Assembly: GCA_963707025.1 (NCBI GenBank)
Contig: CAVPOM010000015.1
Span: forward strand, 64,001 to 128,000
Length of the DNA: 64,000 nucleotides
Direction of reading: 5' to 3'
From: an uncultured Verrucomicrobiae bacterium
GTDB taxonomy: Bacteria > Verrucomicrobiota > Verrucomicrobiia > Limisphaerales > Palsa-1400
Shown piece by piece: positions 47,797 through 57,544 of this stretch; within the stretch, counting starts at the first letter, position 1; each line of letters begins with the position of its first letter. A program made the position numbers and the translations under genes. The notes under the pieces were generated by a model. The model did not search any database. It saw only the letters and a program-made list of their open reading frames with translations, and was not told the DNA's origin.

Positions 47797-48155
47797 CGGA
47801 TGGCACGGATACAAACACGGGAGGGCGAGAATCCCTGCCCGCCATAGGCTTGGCGGCGGCGGGCGTCGAGCCGCGACTCGATTCCAAAAGGGCCTGCCTC
47901 GAGACAAAACCTCGAGCTAGAACGGACTTGGGGCGCGGTTTCCCCGCCCGCTTTCATCCCACGGGCGACATGGTGTGAGGCTGGCTCGGAGCCGTTTAGA
48001 TTCATCTATAACACAATGATTTAGAGGATCTTAGGACTTTTCTAGGACAAACCCACTTTGGACGGTGACCCTCTTTGAGGCGTCCTGGTTGGTTCTGGAT
48101 GACGCAAAGTTGACACTGTTTGTCGTCCGCGTGTCATATTGTTGCTTTTATTGAT

Positions 48156-48169
48156 TGACATTTTGTCAT
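48156..48169. promoter_or_regulatory. Palindromic operator-like site TGACA-TTT-TGTCA overlapping a TTGACA -35 box
   Basis: Perfect palindrome about 20 bp upstream of the repressor start, with related half-sites at 48100-48136. Confidence 0.5.
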
Positions 48170-48190
48170 CTTCCGACTAAATGTCTGAAC

Positions 48191-48787
48191 ATGTCAGTGG
48201 CTCTCGAACCGCTTGCAAAAATTCGGGGCAAGTTGGGAATAACCCAACATGACCTCGCAGAGAAACTCGGAATCTCGCGCCAGCATCTGTCGAAGCTGGA
48301 GAATTCCCCAGGTCCGTTGACTCCAAAACTGGCGCGCCGCGTGGCGGAGGTGTTTCGGAATTTGGGCATGCCACAGGCGGGACCGCGCAGTGGAATTCGA
48401 GCGATTCCAGTTCGATCTTGGGCACAGGCCGGTATTGGAGTTGATTTTGAGGAACTTCCGCTCGATTGGCAAAAGCAAATAGCAACGGATTGTCCCGACG
48501 AACAGGCCTTTGCGGTTGAAATCCAAGGGGATTCAATGGAGCCCAAATACTTGCAGGGAGATATCGCCGTGTTAATGCCGGCTCACCAACCGCGAAATGG
48601 CAGCTTGGTGGTCGCCCGATTAGAGGAGGGAGTTGTGTTCAAAGTGTTCACCGTGCGCGACCAATCGCCGATAAGAATTTGCTCCTTTACGAGTTACAAT
48701 CCAGTATTTCAACCAATTGAGGTGTCGGAGAGCAAGGTCATTTGGAATTATCCGGTGTATCAAATCGTGCGTCAGGTCTGGCGCTGA
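48191..48787 (+). CDS. XRE-HTH + S24 peptidase repressor (CI/LexA-like)
   Basis: ITQHDLAEKLGISRQHLSKLE, AQAG cleavage-like site, GDSMEP (Ser), VFK (Lys). Confidence 0.92.
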   Translation: MSVALEPLAKIRGKLGITQHDLAEKLGISRQHLSKLENSPGPLTPKLARRVAEVFRNLGMPQAGPRSGIRAIPVRSWAQAGIGVDFEELPLDWQKQIATDCPDEQAFAVEIQGDSMEPKYLQGDIAVLMPAHQPRNGSLVVARLEEGVVFKVFTVRDQSPIRICSFTSYNPVFQPIEVSESKVIWNYPVYQIVRQVWR

Positions 48788-48792
48788 ATTGT

Positions 48793-50365
48793 ATGCATCT
48801 CTCAACCCTCCTCGACACACTCGGCTACACCGGTTCTAGAAATTTTCTCCAGCGAGGAACGGCTGCCTTTGATCGTGCGCCGGATATTGGGCATATCCTT
48901 CGGACGGCTGCGCGGCGCCGGGCATGCCGGCTTGAAGGTGTTTATTCGCTGCGTCCATTCAACGACGAAGGATCGCCAGTTCCGGTTGTTTATGTCTGCG
49001 AAGCTGATGACAGCGCAGCAGCGGACAAAATTCATGCCCTTGTCTGGAACCAAGATATCGTTCCCTTCGTCCTTGTTCGTACGCCTGCTGGCTTGCGGCT
49101 TTATTCCGGGTTCGAGTGCAAGCACGCAGGGACTCACGAACGCCAGGGCATCCTCGAACCTTTGATTCAGTTCAATGAAGTTGCCGACCGGCTTGCCGAA
49201 TTCCATGCGAGCGCAATTGATTCCGGAGAACTCTGGCGCAGGCGTGGAGACGACGTTCAGCCCGACAAACGTGTTTATTGGAGCCTGCTGGACAACCTTA
49301 AACAGCTCGCCAAGAAATTCGCTGCCGAGTTCGGAGCAGCAAAGGCGAAAGCGGTTATCCATCCCCTCATCGGGAAATACGTCTATCTCTATTATCTGAA
49401 GGACCGCGGATTTCTCTCTCGGCGGCGGCTGGTGGAATGGGAAATCGAACATGACTCCGTTTACGGTCGCAACGCTACTTTGGCCGGACTTCGTGCCGTC
49501 TGCGGTAAACTGGACGGCTTCCTCAACGGTCGCGTCTTCCCGCTAAAGCTCCATGGCGAAAGCGCGCCTACGGAAGAGCAAATCCAGCGTATTGCTGGGG
49601 CTTTTGCTGGCGATACGTTCGCTGGCAGTTGGCAATTTCATCTTCCATTCACTGCATTCAAGTTCGATTTCATCCCCATCGAGACACTTTCGATGATTTA
49701 CGAGCAGTTCCTCCATCTCCCGGACAAACCTGACGCGGACGACGAGGACGAGCACAGCGAGGGGCGCAAGGCCGGCGCATATTATACGCCCATCCCGGTA
49801 GTCAACTACATGCTCGCCGAAATGGACCGGCGACGGCGCCTTCTGCGTGGTGTCCGAGTGTTCGATCCCAGTTGTGGATCGGGCGCGTTTCTCGTGCAGT
49901 GCTACCGGCGACTTATTGAGCGCGAGTTTATTGCGCACAAAAAGAAGCCTGCTCCGCATGAACTCGCCACGTTGCTGAAGCGCCACATCTTTGGCGTCGA
50001 TATGGATGAGGATGCCTGTAGCGTCGCCGAATTCAGCCTTTATCTGACGCTGCTCGACTACGTGGAACCCAAGGACCTCATTGACCATCCGCGTTTCCGC
50101 CTTCCAACTCTGCGGAAAAACAACATCTTCTGCTCCGACTTCTTCAAGGTGCTGCCTTTCAAGACGAAGTTCCACTGGATTGTAGGAAATCCACCCTGGA
50201 AAAAGCTCATTCCGCATAAATTGGAAAAGCGCGATAAAGGTGCATTGCAATGGATGAAGAAAAACGCCGCCCTTATGCCGGTGGGTGACAATTCTCTTCT
50301 ACAGGCCTTCGCATGGCGCTGCCGCGAGTTTGTGACCGCAGATGGTGGCTGCGCATTGCTTGTCC
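48793..50365 (+). pseudogene. N6-adenine DNA methyltransferase (type IIG/Eco57I-like R-M protein), truncated by an IS3 element
   Basis: IPIETLSMIYEQFL, GAYYTP, FDPSCGSGAFL, IFGVD, VGNPPW. Runs directly into IS3 orfB sequence. Confidence 0.88.
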
Positions 50366-51178
50366 ATCCCAGCACGTAACGACTCCACCAATCCATCACC
50401 GCCACCAAATACATAAACCCAGTTGCCATAGGCACATACGTAATGTCCGAACACCAAACCTGATCCGGTCCCGTCACTGCCAAATTGCGTAACAGATACG
50501 GATAAATCTGGTGCCCCATCTCCCGCAGACTCGTCTTGGGCTTGGCGTAAATCGCCTCGATCCCCATCAACCGCAGCAGCCGCACCACCCGTTTGCGATT
50601 GATGGTCAAACCCTCCCGGCGCAACAGCACGGTCAGTTTGCGGCTGCCATAAACCGGGTGGTCCAAATGCATCTGGTCCAACCGCCGCATCAGCGCCAGG
50701 TTCTCCTCTGTCTCCGGACAGCACTGGTAATAATAACTGCCACGGCACACCGCCAGCAGCTCGCACTGGCGCCGCACGCTGAGCTGCGGATCGGGAGCGA
50801 TTAAACATGTTAAAGCCCCAGTTGCCTGGACTTTTTTTTAAGCCAGTCCAAGTCCACCGTCAGTTGGCCAATCTTCTCATGCAGTTGGGCAATCAACTGT
50901 TCCTGATCCTCCGTGCGGGGTTGCCCGGGCTCAAACAATTCGGGCATGTGATCCCGAATCGTCGCCCGCCACTGCGTGACCTGCGCCGGATGCACCGCAT
51001 ACTCTCGCGCCAATTGCGCGACCGTCTTCAGCCCCACCAGGGCTTCGAATCCCACTTTGGCCTTGAAGGCCGCACTGTGTCTTTTCCGTTTTGCTTTCAT
51101 AAGTCTGCTCTTTCTTATCTACAGCAAACCGGCAAAAATCGAAACTTACCTGTGGTCTAAAAATAGGGGTCCAGCTCA
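50366..51178 (-). mobile_element. IS3-family element, partial (left end, orfA 50810-51100, truncated orfB)
   Basis: Terminus TGAGCTGGACCCCTATTTTTAGACCACAGG at 51178. orfA has RKRHSAAFKAKV...LDWLKKK. orfB has YGSRK, NRKRVVRL, WCSDITY, YLVAVMDWWSRYVLGW and then breaks off. Confidence 0.92.
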
Positions 51179-51179
51179 A

Positions 51180-51615
51180 ACTGCCTCTGTCAGAGCAGCC
51201 TCCTGCAAAGCGACGAAAACTGCCCGACTTGAAATTTCGCTACGGAGGGCAGAGAGAGGCTCTCTACTTCCGCTTCGAGGCAAAGAAACTCGCGGGGACT
51301 GGCGACTTTGCCGACCTGATCAGCCACGAGGATGGATTGGGCCGTTTTTTGCGTAGGGTGTATGGCCGCGAGGATGAAGCGGGCGGTTTGCTCGGATACG
51401 TTCAGACCGAATCACCGGAAGAGCACGCAGAGCGCGTGAGGACGGCTTTGGTAACGGACCCGAAGAAATATCGAGTAAGTGCAAACGGGGAGTGGACCGC
51501 CGCGAGTTGGAAGAACGGTCCTAAATGCAGTTTCCGAGCTGTCCATTCACGGGAGTGCGCATCTGTGATTGTGATTTTCTATTCTTTTCTGTCTTTCCGC
51601 CCACTGCTTTATTGA
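51180..51615 (+). pseudogene. C-terminal fragment of a hypothetical, possibly PD-(D/E)xK-like, protein
   Basis: YFRFEAKKL...GLGRFL...Y...GGLLGYVQ. The 5' end is replaced by IS3. Confidence 0.45.
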
Positions 51616-51702
51616 TCGAGGGCCGTAGTAGGTAGCGGAAGGTGCGCGGCCAGGGAACGATGGTTTATGAAGATAATGCGGCGGTCGCAGACCGCCGCTA
51701 CA

Positions 51703-54564
51703 TTATTGGCCGGGGGCCAGGGCGGAGGCCAGGAGTTCGGCCATGTGCCGGGGATGCGCGGAGGTGAGATGGGCGATTTGATGGCGACAACTGGTGCCGG
51801 AGGCTACCAGGATGGCATCGGCGGGCTGGGTTTGGATTTTCTCAATGAGCGGTTGGGCGATTTTCAGGGAGAGTTCGTACTTGGAGGCAAGCGCGCCAAA
51901 GGCGCCAGCCATGCCGCAGCAGCCGGTGTCCAGCAGGGTGACGCGGCGCCCGGGCAAACGCCGCGCCAGCCGGGCCATGAAGACCGGATCGGCCAGGGAC
52001 TTGGCGTGGCAATGGGCGTGGATGGCAACGGCGCCAGGCTGTTCGTTGAAGCGCAGGGCCTGCGCCTCGCGCGCCAGGAGGTCTTCAATGAATTGCTCGA
52101 AAAGAAAGCAGCGGGCGGCGATTTTCTCCGCGCCGGCCAGGTTCAATTCGCGATAGTCTTCGGCGAACATGGAATAGCAGGAGGGTTCGAGAAAAAGCAC
52201 GGGCGGATTGGCGGGGTCGGCGAGGATTTGCAGGTTGTGGCGGCCCAGGCTGGCGGCTTCGTCGAGATTGCCCTGGCTGAAGGCGGGCCGGCCGCAGCAA
52301 TGGCGGTCGCGCGGCAGGACCACTTCAAACCCGGCCGCTTGGAGCACCGCCACCGCCGCGATGCCAATGTGCGGCTCGTGGTAGCGCACGAAGGTGTCGT
52401 CCCACAGGATGACACGGCCGCGGGCGGGCTGGGCTGGATCGCGCCCCGGGCGCGGCGCTGCATCGCCACGGGCGTGTTGGGCGAACCAATGGTCGAAGCG
52501 TTGCGCGGCGTAAGGCGGGAAGGGGCGCCGGGCGGCCAGGCCGAGGGTTTTTTCGAGCGCGGCGCGCAACCAGCGCCAGCGGAGAGCCGGGTTGGCCAAG
52601 CCGGGCATAAGACAGCCCAAGCGGCCCAGGAGATCCACGGAACTGATGAGGCGTTCGCGCCAGGGCAAGCCGTCGCGCTGATGGCGGGCATGGAGCAGTT
52701 CGGCTCTGAGCAGGGCGAGATTGACGTTGGAGGGGCATTCGCCGGAACAGGCTTTGCAGGAGAGGCAGTTGCCCAGGGCGGCTTCCAATTCGGCCGAGCG
52801 CAGAGGGTCGCCGCTGACGCCGCGCAATTCCAGGGCGGCGCGAATGGCGTTGGCGCGGCCGCGGGTGGACATGATTTCCTCGCCGGTGACGACAAAGGTG
52901 GGGCACATGGTGGGCGCGTCCTTGCGACAACCGCCGCAGCCGTTGCATTGTTCCAGGTTGGCGACGAAAGAGCCGTCCTTGGCGGCGAAAACCAGGACGG
53001 GCTGGAAGGGGAGTTGGAGGGGAGGGCCGGTTTGGCGCAGGCAGGTGTCAATGCGGTAACGGCCGTCGGGAATGATTTTGCCGGGGTTGAAAGCGTTTTT
53101 GGGATCGAAGGCGGCTTTGATTTGGCGGGTCAGTTGCATCAACTCCGGCCCGAGATGATCGGGCACGTACTCGGTGTGGGCCATGCCGACGCCATGTTCG
53201 CCGGCGATGGAGCCTTTGAACTGGCGGACGAGGGCGGAAACCTGATCGCTGATCTGGCGCAGTTTAAGGCGGTCGGGAGCGCAATGGAGATCGAGCACGG
53301 GGCGGACATGGAGGAGACCGGAAGCAGCGTGGCCGTAAAAGGAGCCGCGCAAGCCCAGAGGTTGGAGCAGGGATTGCAGGCCGGCCACGTAGGCGGGCAG
53401 ATCGGCCGGACGCACCGCGGTGTCCTCGATGCAGGTCACCGGCTTGGCGTCGCCCTTGCAGCCGGTCAGGAGGGACAAACCGGCTTTGCGCATGGCCCAA
53501 ACGAGGTTCATCCGGGCGGGATTGTCAAGAATGGCGGTGCGGAGGCCGAGGCGTTTCTGCGCGAGCAACGCGAGGCGTTCGGCAACATTCTCATCGAAGA
53601 ATTCCACCAGGAGGATGGCTTCGCAGGGTTGGAGGTCCAGTTGGAGCAGATCGCGCGCGGCCTGGAATTGAAGCTGGCCCCGGGTTTGATCGAGGAGCAG
53701 GCGGTCCATGTGTTCGATGGCGGCGGGTTTCAAGTCGAGCAGTTCGACGGTGGCCTGCATGGCGTCGGCCACGGAGGCGAAAAAAATCAGGCCCACGCCC
53801 CTAGACTTGGGGAGGGGCACGATTTTCAGTTCGGCGGAGGTGATGGCGGCCAGAGTCCCTTCGCTGCCGGCCAGGAGATGGCTGAGATTATCCGGATCGC
53901 GCCGGAAGCGGTCCAAGTCGTAGCCTGGTCGGCGTTTCAACAAGCCGGGGGCAAAATGTTCCTGAATGGCCGGGGCGTGGTCGCGCATCAATTGGGCGAG
54001 CAACCGGCGCTGGGCCGCCAGGGAATCGTGCGGGGCGGCGGTTTGGGCGATGCGGCCGTCGGCCAGGACGATTTCGAGGGAGAGGACGTGATCGGCCGTC
54101 AGGCCGTAGAAGGGCACATGGGAGCCGGAGGAGTTGTTGGCGATCATGCCGCCCAAAGTGGCGCGGGAGCTGGTGGCCACGTCCGGCCCGAAACAAAAAC
54201 CGTGCGGTTTAAGGAAAGCGTTGAGTTGGTCCAGGATCACGCCGGCGCCGACGCGAACGGCGCGGCGTTCCAGGTCCAGTGCGGTGATCTGACGGTTATG
54301 GCGCGAGAAATCAACGACCAGGCCCGCGCCAATCGCGCCGCCGGCCAGGCCGGTGCCGGCGCCGCGCGGGATGATGTCCAGGCCCGCCTCCGCCGCGGCG
54401 CGGATCAGGGCCGCGGCCTGAAGGGCGTTGCGGGGGAAGGCGACGGCCAGCGGCTCGATCTGATAAAGGGAGGCGTCGGTGGCGTAAAGCTGGCGCGTCA
54501 GGTTGTCGAACGCGACATCACCATTGGCGGCGGCGAGCAGCGAATTTTGTTGGGCCGAAGTCAT
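51703..54564 (-). CDS. FAD-binding and Fe-S-binding oxidoreductase (YdiJ/GlcD-GlcF-like 2-hydroxyacid dehydrogenase)
   Basis: YATDASLY, PRGAGTGLAG, TLGGMIANN, GEHGVG, FNPGK, CNGCGGC, CLSCKAC..ECP, and two CCG motifs. Confidence 0.92.
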   Translation of the reverse strand: MTSAQQNSLLAAANGDVAFDNLTRQLYATDASLYQIEPLAVAFPRNALQAAALIRAAAEAGLDIIPRGAGTGLAGGAIGAGLVVDFSRHNRQITALDLERRAVRVGAGVILDQLNAFLKPHGFCFGPDVATSSRATLGGMIANNSSGSHVPFYGLTADHVLSLEIVLADGRIAQTAAPHDSLAAQRRLLAQLMRDHAPAIQEHFAPGLLKRRPGYDLDRFRRDPDNLSHLLAGSEGTLAAITSAELKIVPLPKSRGVGLIFFASVADAMQATVELLDLKPAAIEHMDRLLLDQTRGQLQFQAARDLLQLDLQPCEAILLVEFFDENVAERLALLAQKRLGLRTAILDNPARMNLVWAMRKAGLSLLTGCKGDAKPVTCIEDTAVRPADLPAYVAGLQSLLQPLGLRGSFYGHAASGLLHVRPVLDLHCAPDRLKLRQISDQVSALVRQFKGSIAGEHGVGMAHTEYVPDHLGPELMQLTRQIKAAFDPKNAFNPGKIIPDGRYRIDTCLRQTGPPLQLPFQPVLVFAAKDGSFVANLEQCNGCGGCRKDAPTMCPTFVVTGEEIMSTRGRANAIRAALELRGVSGDPLRSAELEAALGNCLSCKACSGECPSNVNLALLRAELLHARHQRDGLPWRERLISSVDLLGRLGCLMPGLANPALRWRWLRAALEKTLGLAARRPFPPYAAQRFDHWFAQHARGDAAPRPGRDPAQPARGRVILWDDTFVRYHEPHIGIAAVAVLQAAGFEVVLPRDRHCCGRPAFSQGNLDEAASLGRHNLQILADPANPPVLFLEPSCYSMFAEDYRELNLAGAEKIAARCFLFEQFIEDLLAREAQALRFNEQPGAVAIHAHCHAKSLADPVFMARLARRLPGRRVTLLDTGCCGMAGAFGALASKYELSLKIAQPLIEKIQTQPADAILVASGTSCRHQIAHLTSAHPRHMAELLASALAPGQ

Positions 54565-54727
54565 GCCGATGGGTTCGATGTGGAGAAGCTAGCGGCGGAG
54601 TGTGAGGATGACAAGCCGACAAGCGTTTGCCCGCGAGCCACGCGCCAGCTTTCAGGATTCGCACGGAGTGGGCCGGTCGCGTCGCGAATTCTTGCGCCGG
54701 GCGGCGCGTGGATGCATATTGATCTGC

Positions 54728-55837
54728 ATGAGAACGCACCGCCAGACCCGTCGTGAATTCATCCGCACAACCTCGCTGGCCGTCGCCGCCGCGCCGTGGC
54801 TGGCCGCCGGGCCGTCCCAAGCCGGCGCGCTTGACCCCGACCGCAAGATCGGGTTCGCCCTGTGCGGCCTGGGCGGATTGAGCACCGGCCAGCTCGCTCC
54901 CGCCTTGCAAGCGACCAAACATTGCCGCCTGGCTGGCATCATCACCGGCACACCGGCCAAGGCGGTCGCCTGGAAGGCAAAATACAACATCCCGGATCGG
55001 AACATCTACAACTACGAGACGATGAGCAACCTGGCGGACAACCCGGACATTGACGTCGTCTATGTGGTCACGCCCAATGCCTTGCACGGCGACCTGGCCA
55101 TCAAGGCGGCCCAGGCGGGCAAACATGTGCTGAGCGAAAAGCCGATGGAAGTGTCGGTGGAAAAATGCCAAAAAATGATTGACGCATGCAAGGCGGCCCA
55201 CCGGATGCTGGCCATCGGCTATCGCAACCGCTTCGAGCCGCACACCCTGGAATGCATCCGGCTGGCGCGGGAAAAGGTCTTCGGCCCGGTCAAAACGATC
55301 GAGGCCTCTTTCGGTTTCGCCATCGGCGATCCCAACCAATGGCGTCTCAAGCACGCGCTCTCCGGCGGCGGGGCGCTGATGGATGTGGGCATCTACGCGT
55401 TGCAAACCGCCCGCTACATCAGCGGCCAGGAGCCCGTCGAGGTTTCGGCCAGAGAAGTCAAAACCGACCCGGTGAAATTCAAGGAAGTGGACGAAACGAT
55501 GGCCTTTCAACTCAAATTCCCCGACGGCGTAACCGCTTCCTGCCAGACGACATTCAAATCTTTCGGCATGAACAGCTACATTGTCCACGCGGAGAAGGGG
55601 TGGTTTGGGCTGGGTCCGGCCTATGGCTACAACGGGGTGCAGGGGCGGCGGAGCGACGGCCAGGCGATTGACTTACCGGAGGTGGATCAATTTGCCGCCG
55701 AGATGGACGATTTCTCGCAATGCATCCTGAACAACAAACCGACCATCGTGCCGGGCGAAGAGGGATTGCGCGACGTGAAAATCATGATGGCGATCTACGA
55801 GTCGGCCAAAACGGGCCAGCCGGTGAAGCTGGGTTAG
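54728..55837 (+). CDS. Tat-exported Gfo/Idh/MocA oxidoreductase (glucose-fructose oxidoreductase-like)
   Basis: TRREFI Tat motif, GLGGLS, VVTPNALH, HVLSEKPM, GGGALMDVGIY. Confidence 0.92.
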   Translation: MRTHRQTRREFIRTTSLAVAAAPWLAAGPSQAGALDPDRKIGFALCGLGGLSTGQLAPALQATKHCRLAGIITGTPAKAVAWKAKYNIPDRNIYNYETMSNLADNPDIDVVYVVTPNALHGDLAIKAAQAGKHVLSEKPMEVSVEKCQKMIDACKAAHRMLAIGYRNRFEPHTLECIRLAREKVFGPVKTIEASFGFAIGDPNQWRLKHALSGGGALMDVGIYALQTARYISGQEPVEVSAREVKTDPVKFKEVDETMAFQLKFPDGVTASCQTTFKSFGMNSYIVHAEKGWFGLGPAYGYNGVQGRRSDGQAIDLPEVDQFAAEMDDFSQCILNNKPTIVPGEEGLRDVKIMMAIYESAKTGQPVKLG

Positions 55838-56132
55838 GAGGCCGTTTCAAATTGCGGAATGCGGATGGTTCACCCTCCGGGGCGGTCCGGCCGGGAAGGA
55901 GGGCGGCTTTCCCTTTACCCGCTCCATTGAATATCAAGGACTTATGAATGGGTGCAGCAACGGTGCGGTAAAAGTAACCCCTCAAAAAATTGGCTGGTCG
56001 TGACGTCGCTGGATTCCGGCTTGCGCCCGGTAGTCGCCCGCCGCGCCAAGATTAAGGACTTGCTGGCGGTCGGATGCCTCGAAATCTGGCAACGGCAAAA
56101 GCGAACGCCCGTGAGGGTGGGGAAAATCCCGG

Positions 56133-57317
56133 TTATTCGACCCAGGAATAATCCTGGATGGCGTGCCACGGAAGGTAGGTCACACCGTTACGCTCCTGCT
56201 TTTCGGTTCCGCCATAGACCACCAGGGAAGACACCGCCTGCTTCGTTTTGGCGAACAGTTCGGTTATCTTCCGCGAACTGGCAGCCCAGTCGGAGGAAAT
56301 TGTCTGCCCGGCCTTGACCTCGACAATTTTCAAGCTCTTGCGCCCCTGCACCAGCGCATCCCCTTCCAAGCCGGCCTTGTCGCGGAAGAAATAAACGCCG
56401 TCGCTTTCGCCACGGTTAAACCGTTGCTTGATGATTTCTGAAACCACCCAGCATTCAAAAATCGCCCCCCGCAGCGGATGCAGGTCCAATTGCGCCGCCT
56501 CGCGAATGCCCAACAGCCAGCAGGCCAGCCCGGTGTCGTAGAAATGCAGCTTTGGCATTTTAATCAGCCGCTTGGAAATATTTCCGTGATAGCTGGGCAG
56601 CCGAAAGGCAATGAAGCTCGCCTCCAATACTGAGGACCAGGCTTTGGCCGTCGGTTGCGACACCCCGCAGTCGGCCGCCAAGGAGGAAAAATTGAGCAGT
56701 TGCGCCAGGCGGCCGGCGCTGAGTTGCACCAATCGCTGGAAGGCCGCCAAATCACCCACATTGGAGATTGAGCGAACATCCCGCTCCAAATACGTCGCCA
56801 CATACGAGGCCAGCCAGTCCGCAGGTCTCAACCTGCGGTCTAATATGCGGGGGTAGCCCCCGGTTAAAAGCGTTTCATTCAGGGTCTTTGGATGATGGGA
56901 AAACCCAACCACTTCATGCCGTGACAAGGGCAGCAGATACACCACCGCCGAACGTCCCGCCAGCGACTGGCTGGTTGATTCCATCACGGAAAGATTATGT
57001 GAGCCAGTCAAAATCCACCGCCCCGGAGCTGGCTCCCGATCAATTACTTCCTGTAAATAGGAGACAAGCTGCGGTGTCTTTTGAATCTCATCCAAAACCG
57101 CCCCCTTCGGAAATTGCTTGAGGAAGCCTCTCGGATCTTCGGAGGCAAACGCCCGCACGTCCGGAGACTCCAGGGTTGCATAGGGCAAATTGGCAAAAAC
57201 CTTTTGACAAACGGTTGATTTGCCGCTTTGGCGTGGGCCGGTTAAAACGATGGCCGGGAATAGCCTGGCCAGCGTTTTTAGCCGGGGTTCGACATCACGA
57301 TCTATCATCACAGCCAC
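56133..57317 (-). CDS. AAA_14 ATPase with DUF4143 domain
   Basis: GPRQSGKST, LDEIQK, ILTGS, SLAGR, GGYP, YLERDV, KLHFYDTGL, EVK. Confidence 0.92.
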   Translation of the reverse strand: MAVMIDRDVEPRLKTLARLFPAIVLTGPRQSGKSTVCQKVFANLPYATLESPDVRAFASEDPRGFLKQFPKGAVLDEIQKTPQLVSYLQEVIDREPAPGRWILTGSHNLSVMESTSQSLAGRSAVVYLLPLSRHEVVGFSHHPKTLNETLLTGGYPRILDRRLRPADWLASYVATYLERDVRSISNVGDLAAFQRLVQLSAGRLAQLLNFSSLAADCGVSQPTAKAWSSVLEASFIAFRLPSYHGNISKRLIKMPKLHFYDTGLACWLLGIREAAQLDLHPLRGAIFECWVVSEIIKQRFNRGESDGVYFFRDKAGLEGDALVQGRKSLKIVEVKAGQTISSDWAASSRKITELFAKTKQAVSSLVVYGGTEKQERNGVTYLPWHAIQDYSWVE

Positions 57318-57415
57318 AAATATAGGCTGTTGTCTGCTTCAAAGTCAAACTTTGAAATGGACAGGGCGGCCAGCAGGCATCCCATCGCCATTCCTGCCGT
57401 TTTTCTCAGATCTCA

Positions 57416-57473
57416 CCCAGGGCAGCTCGTTCCTCGCAACCCTGGGCTGCAAGATTCAATCCCGTTGGGATTG
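57416..57473. repeat. REP-like double hairpin
   Basis: CCCAGGG...CCCTGGG followed by CAATCCC-GTT-GGGATTG in an intergenic region. Confidence 0.55.
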
Positions 57474-57544
57474 ATCAAACCAATGATGACGCTCCAAACG
57501 CCGCTTATCATTCCGCTGAGAACGTCGAGGAACGAGAATACTTT

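Noticed and set aside
51667..54756. Long plus-strand ORF of 1029 aa, and similar antisense ORFs (57674..60649, 6516..8300, 1615..2946, 4317..5591)
   Set aside because: Shadow frames opposite well-supported genes in GC-rich DNA, with no motifs.
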